A DNA stretch of 64,000 nucleotides from an uncultured Spirochaetota bacterium (lineage in GTDB: Bacteria; Spirochaetota; Spirochaetia; SZUA-6; Fen-1364). This document shows, in pieces, positions 37,337 to 45,507 of the stretch; positions within the stretch are counted from its first letter, which is position 1; each line of letters opens with the position of its first letter. The stretch lies in assembly GCA_963734545.1 (NCBI GenBank), contig CAVTHO010000008.1, positions 416,001 to 480,000 of the forward strand, read 5' to 3'. A program made the translations under genes and the position numbers. The notes below the pieces were generated by a model that was not told the origin of the DNA, did no database searches, and saw only the letters and a program-made list of their open reading frames with translations.

Positions 37337-38182
37337 ATGAACAACGCGCTGGCAAAAAGGGAACGCAGGCCCGGGGGTGAGAAAGACAATCTTCTCTCCC
37401 TTTACCTCAAGGACATCAACAAGGTCCCGCTCCTCACCCGCAGAGAGGAAGAGTCACTGGCCCGGGAGGCCGTCCGGGGAAATACCGCGGCCAAGGAAAG
37501 GCTCATACGCGCGAATCTCCGGTTCGTGGTGAATGTCGCGAAGAAATACCAGCACAAGGGTCTTCCGCTGGAAGACCTCATCAGCGAGGGCAACATCGGC
37601 CTCATGCGGGCGATCGATCGCTTCGACGTGGAAAAGGGCTATCATTTCATCTCGTATGCCGTCTGGTGGGTCAGGCAGGCCATCCTGAGCGCCCTCAGCG
37701 AGAAATCGCGAACCATCCGGCTTCCCACGAACAGGGCCCTGGAGCTGTCGAAGATCCAGAAGGAGGAGGGAGAGAAAACCTCGGCCACCGGCAGCGCGGC
37801 CAGCCTCCTGCTCGTCGGCCGCGAGCCCCTGTCTCTGGACGCGCCTTCCGGTCCGGATGACGACTCCGCTCCCTTCGGTGAAACGGTGGAAGACAGGGCG
37901 GCCCCCCGGCAGGACGAGCTCGCCATAGAAAGCTGCCTGCGGGAAGAGATCAACACGGTGCTCGGTTCTCTTGCCCGCAAGGAATCGGAGATCATCCAGT
38001 ACCGGTTCGGTCTCAACGGCAGGAAGGCTCTCTCCCTCAGAGAGCTGGGAACGAGATTCCGGCTGACAAAAGAGAGGATACGCCAGATCGAAAAGAAGGC
38101 GATCCGGCAGCTCCAGAGCTCCACCCGGAGCGGCATGCTGCGCGCCTACATGGACATCAGCGCCGAAAAGCTGCCCGTGTAG
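37337..38182 (+). CDS. RpoD/RpoS-like sigma-70 factor lacking region 1.1
   Basis: LSLYLKDI (1.2), ANLRFVVNVAKKY, DLISEGNIGL, FISYAVWWVRQAI, LTKERIRQIE. Confidence 0.92.
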   Translation: MNNALAKRERRPGGEKDNLLSLYLKDINKVPLLTRREEESLAREAVRGNTAAKERLIRANLRFVVNVAKKYQHKGLPLEDLISEGNIGLMRAIDRFDVEKGYHFISYAVWWVRQAILSALSEKSRTIRLPTNRALELSKIQKEEGEKTSATGSAASLLLVGREPLSLDAPSGPDDDSAPFGETVEDRAAPRQDELAIESCLREEINTVLGSLARKESEIIQYRFGLNGRKALSLRELGTRFRLTKERIRQIEKKAIRQLQSSTRSGMLRAYMDISAEKLPV

Positions 38183-38204
38183 TACCGCTCGACGGCCGGC
38201 TGTC

Positions 38205-38927
38205 TCAATACACCTTGACGAGCACGGAGGCGCCGGAAAGATTGTTCGTCTGGATCAAAGGGCTTCCAATGTAGTAGAGCGTCGAGGCGCCGCTTGCGGA
38301 GAGGCTGATCTGATCTGCGTTTATCCATGCCTCGCTCGCCCCGCTCACGGCCACCGTTGCCCGGGTGGCCGCGCACGCCAGGAGATTGGCCGTGCTCGCT
38401 CCCGAGACAATCACCGTCTCGCTGCCGGTCGTGCCGCCGATGCTGAGAGAGCTCGCTCCGGAGAGGTCCGCATTCACGGCAGCGCAGGACAGGCCCTTGA
38501 TATCCGCGAAACCTGCGCCTGAAAGAATCACCTCCAACGACTGCGTCGAAGCGAATCCGGAGTCGACCCTGGCCTCGGAGGCCCCGGACAGGTCGAGACC
38601 GACAAGAACGGGCATGTGCACTTCCGCATTGAACGTGATGCCGTGATAATTGTACCCCTGCGCCAGCCCGATCAGCACCGAGCCGGCACCGTTCCTCCTG
38701 ACATCCATGTAGGGGAGGAGATTGTCGTCAGATGTCACCCTGAGCGAATAGGCCGCGTCAGGCACCACATGCACCCGGCACGCGTGGGTCGCGGTGATGG
38801 TGGAAAAGTCGGCGAAACCATAGGTCGATGTGGTCAGGTAGCCGGATCCCTGCACCAGGGGAAAGAAATCGCACCCGTTCAGCAACGCGACAGCGGCGGC
38901 GCACAGAACCGGAATAACGCGCTTCAT
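38205..38927 (-). CDS. Lipoprotein with GIN/DUF2807-like beta-helix repeats
   Basis: Lipobox LLNGC; QGSG, DDNLL and repeated (L/V)SGAS units. Confidence 0.8.
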   Translation of the reverse strand: MKRVIPVLCAAAVALLNGCDFFPLVQGSGYLTTSTYGFADFSTITATHACRVHVVPDAAYSLRVTSDDNLLPYMDVRRNGAGSVLIGLAQGYNYHGITFNAEVHMPVLVGLDLSGASEARVDSGFASTQSLEVILSGAGFADIKGLSCAAVNADLSGASSLSIGGTTGSETVIVSGASTANLLACAATRATVAVSGASEAWINADQISLSASGASTLYYIGSPLIQTNNLSGASVLVKVY

Positions 38928-38969
38928 GTCCATTGAATCCCCCGGGGGGAGGATACCGTCACCGCGGAA

Positions 38970-39078
38970 GGGCGGCATTTGCGGCGGCCCCTGTTTTTCC
39001 GGAGCTACCCACACGCCCCTATGGAAAATGACGAATTGAGAAGGGGCACTTCTAAATTCCTCGAAAACGCCAATGGCG
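38970..39078. repeat. Dispersed ~110-bp intergenic element, copy B
   Basis: Inverted homolog of 3635-3742 with the same AATTGAGAAG-N5-CTTCTAAATT dyad. Confidence 0.75.
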
Positions 39079-39142
39079 GGGCGTGCCTCGCCAGATCTGT
39101 GCCGTGCTTGCATCAACGCGCGTTTCCAGTATGCTTTGAGAC

Positions 39143-39694
39143 ATGTCGACCACATCATCCGGCTCGCGTACCGCCCCGACGTCGCTGCCCCTCCGGCAGA
39201 GGCCGCTCGATATCGTGATCCTGGGGTATCTCATCTTCAACCTCGTTGCGATCACGTACCTCTTCGACCTGGAGCAGATCCTCATTCCCGACACGTCCCA
39301 TTTCATCTATCCGGCATGGCCGCCGCGATTCATCGTGGATCTTTCTCACTGGTGGGGTCGGAATTTCGATCCCCTCCTCTTCGCGCGGCCGCCCTGGTGG
39401 CGCGCGACGATCTGGATCGACGCGGTCCTTTTCGGACCGTACTCCGTGTTCGCGATCTATGCCTTCATCAAGGGCAGGAACTGGATCAGGATGCCGAGCA
39501 TCATGTATGCCTCGATCATGCTGACGAATGTCACCATTATCATGAGTGAGGAGATCTGGGGACCGCACGCCACGCCGCACCTGGCTGCGGTGATCGGCGC
39601 CAACGCTTCCTGGATTATCGTTCCCCTGCTTATTCTTTTCCGGATGCGCCGGGACCCGTTCCCCTCTTATTCTCCCCGCGCCGCGGCGGAGTAA
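39143..39694 (+). CDS. EXPERA/EBP-like four-TM membrane protein
   Basis: Four hydrophobic segments; DLE, DPLLFARPPW and N..WIIVP, a pattern typical of EXPERA proteins. Confidence 0.6.
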   Translation: MSTTSSGSRTAPTSLPLRQRPLDIVILGYLIFNLVAITYLFDLEQILIPDTSHFIYPAWPPRFIVDLSHWWGRNFDPLLFARPPWWRATIWIDAVLFGPYSVFAIYAFIKGRNWIRMPSIMYASIMLTNVTIIMSEEIWGPHATPHLAAVIGANASWIIVPLLILFRMRRDPFPSYSPRAAAE

Positions 39695-41010
39695 CCCTCC
39701 AGGACGCGACGGACACTTTCACGCAGGAGCTCCCGAGGGTCCGTTCCCAGCCGGCCTTCGCGCACGGCCGCGTAGTGGAGCGGCAGGAACTGGCTCAGGA
39801 GCGTACCGGGGATCGCGGCATGCCGCAGGTTGGCAAGGAGCCTCTCAACAGCGTCCGCTACAGCCGGTTTGCTCCAGTAATAGCGGCTGCGATCTGAGAG
39901 ACTGTATCTGCGTGCCCGCCTCTTCTGGGACTGGCTGCCTCCGTAATAGTCCTTCCAATGCCCGGGCTCGGCAACCATGGCGCGTTCCAGCGTCTCTGAC
40001 AGATCCGACCGCTCCGCGGCGGCCCCCTGCAACAGCTCCTGCTCGATGAGCTCCAGGCTGAAGAGGCACTCGCGCAGGGCAAAGGTGAGAGCCGGGCCCA
40101 CCTTCAGAATCGCGACGCCGTCTTCGACGAGCTCTCTCAAGTGGGCCACGGTCTGGTAGTCGGTGGAGTGACCCTCGAGGACCATGTCCGGCAGCCGGCG
40201 CGCCGCGTTGCAGAGCGGCGCGGCCCTGGCCCGGTCGTATGCGCGCACTTCCTGGTCTCCGTATTCCACCCCCGGCTGCGTCACGACAGCGCACACTCTT
40301 GTCCATGCCGCTTCCAGACCGCGGGCGCGAAAAGCCGTCTTGCAGAGAGAGACGGACTCGAGCAGGTCTTCCACGGCCGTGATGGCGAGCGGCGTCGGGC
40401 CTTCCCGCTCTGACAGCTCCGCCGCTGCCGAAATCCCGCCGGGAGCCGGGACCTCTGTGCCGATCACGTACACCGGCAGCGTGGCGCCGGAGCGCGGGCC
40501 GCGCGCCTCTCCCCGCGCGTCCTCCGCTGCCGCGGCCAGCTCCGCTTCCCGCTGTGCGACCAGTCGGGGATCCAGGGCGCCGTGCCGGTCAATCGGATCT
40601 CCGCCAAGCGGCATGCTTGCATCGAGATGGATCTTCGTGAATCCCGCGTGGATGCTCGCTGCCACAAGGTCGCGCGCTTTTTTCAATGCCGCCTCGGCGC
40701 GCTCGGACCTCCAGGGGTAGGGGCCAAGGTGATCTCCGCCCAGGATCAGCCGATCCGGGGGGAACCCCGATTCCGCCCCCACCCTGCCGACGAAATCCCC
40801 CCAGTCCTTCGGGGTAAGGCCGGTATAGCCGCCGAACTGGTTGACCTGGTTGACCGTGGATTCGATCAGCGCCGGAAGCCCGTCCCGCAGGGCCTGCATA
40901 AAAGCGGCCTCGAGGACAATGCGGTGCGCGCTGCAGACGGAGCCGATGCCGCGCGCCGTGCCGCTCTTCTGGGATGCAATGAGCTCACGGAAGAAACCCT
41001 GCGCAGGCAA
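39667..41010 (-). CDS. GatZ/KbaZ family protein (tagatose-6-phosphate 4-epimerase-like)
   Basis: SVCSAH, IESTVNQVNQFGGYTG.TP, LGGDHLGP, KIHLDAS, YVIGTEVP.PGG, EGHSTDYQ, LKVGPALTF, YSLSDR.RYYW. Confidence 0.9.
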   Translation of the reverse strand: MPAQGFFRELIASQKSGTARGIGSVCSAHRIVLEAAFMQALRDGLPALIESTVNQVNQFGGYTGLTPKDWGDFVGRVGAESGFPPDRLILGGDHLGPYPWRSERAEAALKKARDLVAASIHAGFTKIHLDASMPLGGDPIDRHGALDPRLVAQREAELAAAAEDARGEARGPRSGATLPVYVIGTEVPAPGGISAAAELSEREGPTPLAITAVEDLLESVSLCKTAFRARGLEAAWTRVCAVVTQPGVEYGDQEVRAYDRARAAPLCNAARRLPDMVLEGHSTDYQTVAHLRELVEDGVAILKVGPALTFALRECLFSLELIEQELLQGAAAERSDLSETLERAMVAEPGHWKDYYGGSQSQKRRARRYSLSDRSRYYWSKPAVADAVERLLANLRHAAIPGTLLSQFLPLHYAAVREGRLGTDPRELLRESVRRVLEGYSAAARGE

Positions 41011-41016
41011 TCCACC

Positions 41017-41964
41017 CTACCTTCGCCGCATGACGGCCGACACGGCGCGCGGGCTGATCCTGCCCTCCATCGGGCCGAAGGCCTGCGCGTTGAGGGCGCC
41101 CGCGGCAGCGGCCATGCGCGCGGACTGTTCGAGGTTCCTGCCTTCGAGCTGGCCGCAGAGAAAACCCGCGTCAAAGCAGTCTCCTGCGCCGGTCGGGTCC
41201 ACTTCCCTGACGGGGAATGCCGGCACGTCGACGCGCCCCGCCGGCGTGAGCACCGCGCACCCCCTGCTTCCGCGTTTCAGCACGATGGCCTGCAGCGGGT
41301 ACCGGCCGAAAAGAACGCGGGCACCCTCCTCCGTATCGTCTCTGCCGCTCAGCATTGCGAGCTCTTTCTCCCCGGGGAAAAGAATGGAGGCGCGGCGCAG
41401 CACCGGGCCGGCAATCTCCTCCACCGTGCGGCCCACCAGCAGCTCGAACCGGATATTAGGGTCAAAGGTGATCCGGGCCCCGTGCTCCGCAAACAGCTCC
41501 ACCGCCTGGAACACGCGCGCGCGGAACGCGTCATTGGCCATGAGCGAGCATCCCATGACGTGCAGGAACTTCGCTCCCTCCACCTCGGAAGGGTCCGGCA
41601 CGCCCGCCATCACGGCAGGAGTCCCGTCCCAGTGGAAGATGAACCTGCGCGAGCCGTCCTTGAAGTACGTGACGAACGCCACCCCGGTGGAGCGGTTGGG
41701 AAAGACCTCGATGAAGTCCGTGCGGACGCCGTCCGCTTTCAATCGCCGGAGGATGCAGCGGCCGAAATCGTCCTCCCCCACGCCGCTCACGATCGCCGCG
41801 GAATGCCCCAGCCGGGCCACGGTGTCTATGAAGATCCCGGGGGCGCCGCTGGGATACGGCCCGAGGAAGGTCCCTGTCTGCTCCAGCGTCATGCCCGGCT
41901 TCGGGCGCATCACTTCCACCAGGAGCTCCCCCATGATCCAGACGTCGCTCGCCGGGGCCGCCAT
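41017..41964 (-). CDS. PfkB-family sugar kinase (tagatose/fructose kinase-like)
   Basis: MGELLVE, GPYPSGAP.IF, FDPNIR.EL, DPTGAGDCF. Confidence 0.88.
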   Translation of the reverse strand: MAAPASDVWIMGELLVEVMRPKPGMTLEQTGTFLGPYPSGAPGIFIDTVARLGHSAAIVSGVGEDDFGRCILRRLKADGVRTDFIEVFPNRSTGVAFVTYFKDGSRRFIFHWDGTPAVMAGVPDPSEVEGAKFLHVMGCSLMANDAFRARVFQAVELFAEHGARITFDPNIRFELLVGRTVEEIAGPVLRRASILFPGEKELAMLSGRDDTEEGARVLFGRYPLQAIVLKRGSRGCAVLTPAGRVDVPAFPVREVDPTGAGDCFDAGFLCGQLEGRNLEQSARMAAAAGALNAQAFGPMEGRISPRAVSAVMRRR

Positions 41965-42215
41965 CAGACCTGCTCGCCCTTGTCACCCAGCCACGCGACT
42001 GTCTCGCCGCAGGGCACGATCTGCTCGGGGTCGGCATCGATCTTGAGAAGGTACCCGTCGGTTTCCGCCACGACGTCGAGCTCGGAAATGTCGGTTTCTA
42101 TCTTCAGGAGGACCTCGCCTTTCTTCACCAGATCTCCGACCCTCTTTTCCCAGCTGAGAACAGTGCCTTCCGACATTGTCTGCCCAACCCTGGGCATCAC
42201 GACCGGGGTTGCCAT
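41964..42215 (-). CDS. Stand-alone lipoyl/biotinyl-attachment domain protein lacking the acceptor lysine
   Basis: MP.VGQTMSEGTV..W.K.VGD.VKKGEVLL.IETD(I)...V.AETDG.L.KI; 83 aa; GGAGG SD. Confidence 0.8.
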   Translation of the reverse strand: MATPVVMPRVGQTMSEGTVLSWEKRVGDLVKKGEVLLKIETDISELDVVAETDGYLLKIDADPEQIVPCGETVAWLGDKGEQV

Positions 42216-42325
42216 GGTCCACCTCCCTGCCAATCGAGACGCGATTCGGTTATGCCACGCTGAAGGCGCATTGTCCATCCATGCGCCGCGTGGCCGTTCC
42301 CGCGGGTACGGCGTATCTTGTTACC

Positions 42326-42827
42326 ATGAGCACACAATCGATCCTCGATTTCACCATGAAAGACACTCGCGGAGTCGAGACTCCAATTCGAAAGTTCGAA
42401 GGCAAGGTCCTCCTGGTGGTCAATGTGGCCAGCAGGTGCGGGTTCACGCCGCAGTACAAGAGCCTGCAGGTCCTGTACGATCGCTACAAGGACAAGGGCC
42501 TCGAGATCCTCGGCTTTCCCGCCAATAACTTCCTGCGCCAGGAGCCGGGAAGCGATACCGAGATCCGCGAGTTCTGCAGCACCAATTACGGCGTCACTTT
42601 TCCCCTTTTCGCGAAGATCTCGGTGCGGGGCAGGGACATTCACCCGATTGTACAAGTTACTCACAGAACCGGCGACTAACCCGAAGTTCCCCGGCAAGAT
42701 CGGCTGGAACTTCGCCAAGTTCCTCATTGACCGCACGGGAACGGTGATCGGCCGGTTCGAGCCGAAAATGGACCCCCTCGACCCTGTGCTGGTCTCCGAC
42801 GTCGAGAGCGCACTTGTGAAACCATGA
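42326..42827 (+). CDS. Glutathione peroxidase family protein (Cys type), frameshift near 42647
   Basis: VNVASRCGFTPQY, GFPANNF..QEPG, then WNFAKFLIDR in the next frame. Confidence 0.9.
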
Positions 42828-42860
42828 TGATTGGGCTACGGTACCCGCCGGACACCCACC

Positions 42861-43847
42861 ATGGCGATCATAGAGGTCGAACGGCTTTCTCGCAATTTCC
42901 GTTACCATGAGAAGCAGGAAGGGCTGGGCGCATCCCTCAGAAACCTCGTCGCGCGCAGGACGCTTGTCCGGGAGGCGGTGAAGGGGATCTCTTTTTCCGT
43001 CGGAGAAGGAGAGGTGGTGGGATTCCTGGGACCGAACGGGGCCGGGAAAACCACGACCCTGAAGATGCTGGCGGGCATCATGCACCCCACCTCCGGAGCC
43101 GCGCACGTCCTGGGGCACGTGCCATGGCAGCGCAAGAAGGACCTCCGCATGCGGATCGCCATCGTCATGGGCCAGAGAAGCCAGCTCTGGCCCGACCTGC
43201 CGGCCGTGGAGTCCTTCGAGCTGAATCGCGCAATCTACGAAATCGAAAAGGCCGAATATTCCCGGGTGCTGGGCGAGCTGGTCGAGCTCTTCGACATCGG
43301 CGGCATTCTGCCCGTCCAGGTGCGCCGCCTTTCCCTGGGTGAGAGGATGAAGCTGGAGATCGTCGCGGCGCTCCTCCACAAGCCGCGCGTGCTCTTCCTG
43401 GACGAGCCGACCATCGGCCTGGACCTTCTCTCGCAGCGCACCATACGCGACCTGGTCCGCACCCTCAACCAGCGGTATCGCACAACGGTCATGCTCACCA
43501 GCCATTACCTCTCCGACATCGAAGACCTGTGCGAGCGCGTCATCCTCATCAATCGCGGCACGATCGTCTATGACGGCCCTCTCGCCGGCGTGAACGCCAC
43601 CCTGGCCGAGCGCAAGACGGTGAAGCTTGTCTTCTCCGCGCCGGTCGCGCAGGACGTTCTCTCTCGATACACCGGGTATCAGGGTCTGGACGGGCTGACC
43701 GCGTCCTTCGAGGTGGAGCGCGGCGAGGTGCGCGCCTTTTCCCGCAAAGTGCTCGACGATCTCCCCGTCGTCGATCTGACCATCGAGGAAATTCCCCTGG
43801 AAGAAGGCATTGCGGCCCTGTATCGAGGCGAGCCGCCCCGTGGGTGA
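42861..43847 (+). CDS. ABC transporter ATP-binding protein
   Basis: GPNGAGKTT, LSLGERMK, FLDEPTIGLD. Confidence 0.93.
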   Translation: MAIIEVERLSRNFRYHEKQEGLGASLRNLVARRTLVREAVKGISFSVGEGEVVGFLGPNGAGKTTTLKMLAGIMHPTSGAAHVLGHVPWQRKKDLRMRIAIVMGQRSQLWPDLPAVESFELNRAIYEIEKAEYSRVLGELVELFDIGGILPVQVRRLSLGERMKLEIVAALLHKPRVLFLDEPTIGLDLLSQRTIRDLVRTLNQRYRTTVMLTSHYLSDIEDLCERVILINRGTIVYDGPLAGVNATLAERKTVKLVFSAPVAQDVLSRYTGYQGLDGLTASFEVERGEVRAFSRKVLDDLPVVDLTIEEIPLEEGIAALYRGEPPRG

Positions 43848-44652
43848 TGCCGCGGCCAAGTACGGCCGTTCCTTTTCGATCGGGCTGCGCGGCGCGCTCG
43901 AATACCGGCTCAATTTCGCCTTTTCCATCCTGAGCGCCGTCTCCCCTGTCGTCATCCAGACCGCGCTCTGGACGAGCCTGTACGCTCCCGGCAGCGGCGA
44001 GACGCTTTTCGGCTTCACCTATGCCCAGATGATCGCCTATACGGTGGTGGCCAACCTCGTGTCGCGCCTGGTGCGGACCGGGTTCGAGTACGAGCTCAAT
44101 ACGGACATCAGGACCGGCGGGCTGGACCGCTATCTCGTCAAGCCGATAGGCTATTTCGGCTTCCGGTTGTTCGTGTTTCTCGGCGCCAAATCGGCGCAGA
44201 CCGTCATCTCGCTCGTTCTCCTGGCAATCGCCACCTGGGTCCTGAACGCCGTGCTCGGCGTCCCGGTGAGCGTGACGGCCGCCTTCGCGTTCGCGGCAAG
44301 CCTCGTCGTCGCCTTCCTCCTCAACTTCCTCATCTTCTGGTGCGTGGGCATGGCGGGATTCTGGCTCACGGAAATCGGATTCCTCTTCGAGGCGGCGCGT
44401 ATCGTGATCATCACGGCAAGCGGCGGCATTTTTCCGCTCGCCGTGTTCGGCCCCGCGGCGCAGGCGGCGCTCACCATGCTGCCGTTTCGATTCACGATTC
44501 AATTCCCGACAGAGCTCTTGTGCGGGCGGATCCCCCCGGGGCAGATTGCCACGGACTTCGCGCTTTCATTCGTGTGGATAGGGGTTCTTGCCGCGCTTGC
44601 GCAGGCGCTCTGGAACGCGGGGATCAGGCGATTCGCCGCGGTGGGGAGCTGA
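43840..44652 (+). CDS. ABC-2 family permease
   Basis: Six TM segments; IRTGGLDRYLVKP, SGGIFPL..F. Confidence 0.85.
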   Translation: MGDAAAKYGRSFSIGLRGALEYRLNFAFSILSAVSPVVIQTALWTSLYAPGSGETLFGFTYAQMIAYTVVANLVSRLVRTGFEYELNTDIRTGGLDRYLVKPIGYFGFRLFVFLGAKSAQTVISLVLLAIATWVLNAVLGVPVSVTAAFAFAASLVVAFLLNFLIFWCVGMAGFWLTEIGFLFEAARIVIITASGGIFPLAVFGPAAQAALTMLPFRFTIQFPTELLCGRIPPGQIATDFALSFVWIGVLAALAQALWNAGIRRFAAVGS

Positions 44653-44656
44653 GAGG

Positions 44657-45460
44657 ATGATCAGGGAGATCATCAAGCACCTGAAAATCTATGCCATGCT
44701 CGTTCGGATGAACGTCATGAGCCAGATGGAGTATCGGGCCAACTTCGTGACCGGGATGATGATGGAGCTCGGCTACCTGGTGGTGAAGATTCTCTACGTG
44801 CTCGTTGCCTTTCGGGCCGGGCGGCGCATTGCAGGCTTCTCTCCGGATGAGGTCCTTGTCTTCATCGGCACGTTCGTCCTGGTCACCGGTTTCTATGCCG
44901 GCGTCGTCATGATGAACCTTTTCCAGCTCTCCACGCTGGTGAGGGACGGCTCATTCGACGTGCTGATGACAAAGCCGGTCTCTCTCCAGTTCCTGGCCAC
45001 GTTCCGCCGCTCGGACATCGGCATCTTCCTGATTGACTCGACGGCAGGCCTCATCATGGTGTCGATAGGAATGGCGCGGATCGGCGGCTCCTTCGACGTG
45101 CTGCGCGCCGCGGGCTATGCCGTGTTTGTGGCGTCAGGCGCCGCCGTGGGCTACGCCCTGTATCTTATGCCGCTGGTGCTTGTCTTTCGCATCGTCAATG
45201 CGTCAGCCATCGCCGAGTTCACCGATTCTTTCTGGGATTTCAACAATGTCCCCATGATCGTCTACGGAAAAGTGGGCCGCGCCATAGGCGTGTTCGTCAT
45301 CCCGATGTTCGTCATCACGAGCTTTCCCGCGCTCTTTGTCCTGGGACGGATGACGGTTCCCTACATGATCTGGGGACTGGCGGCCCCGTTCCTCTTCCTG
45401 GGCCTTGCGCGGCTGTGCTGGCGTTCGGGTATCCGGCACTACACGAGCGCGGGCGGGTAG
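44657..45460 (+). CDS. ABC-2 family permease
   Basis: MEYRANF, VRDGSFDVLMTKPV, P..VY, IP..VITSFPA. Confidence 0.85.
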   Translation: MIREIIKHLKIYAMLVRMNVMSQMEYRANFVTGMMMELGYLVVKILYVLVAFRAGRRIAGFSPDEVLVFIGTFVLVTGFYAGVVMMNLFQLSTLVRDGSFDVLMTKPVSLQFLATFRRSDIGIFLIDSTAGLIMVSIGMARIGGSFDVLRAAGYAVFVASGAAVGYALYLMPLVLVFRIVNASAIAEFTDSFWDFNNVPMIVYGKVGRAIGVFVIPMFVITSFPALFVLGRMTVPYMIWGLAAPFLFLGLARLCWRSGIRHYTSAGG

Positions 45461-45507
45461 CTCCGACGCTCTGGCATGGACCGGGCGATTTGATATACTG
45501 CCCTTGA

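Noticed and set aside
42326-42827. Selenocysteine or recoding in the glutathione peroxidase
   Set aside because: The active-site codon is TGC (Cys), and the break near 42647 is a simple one-base frameshift.
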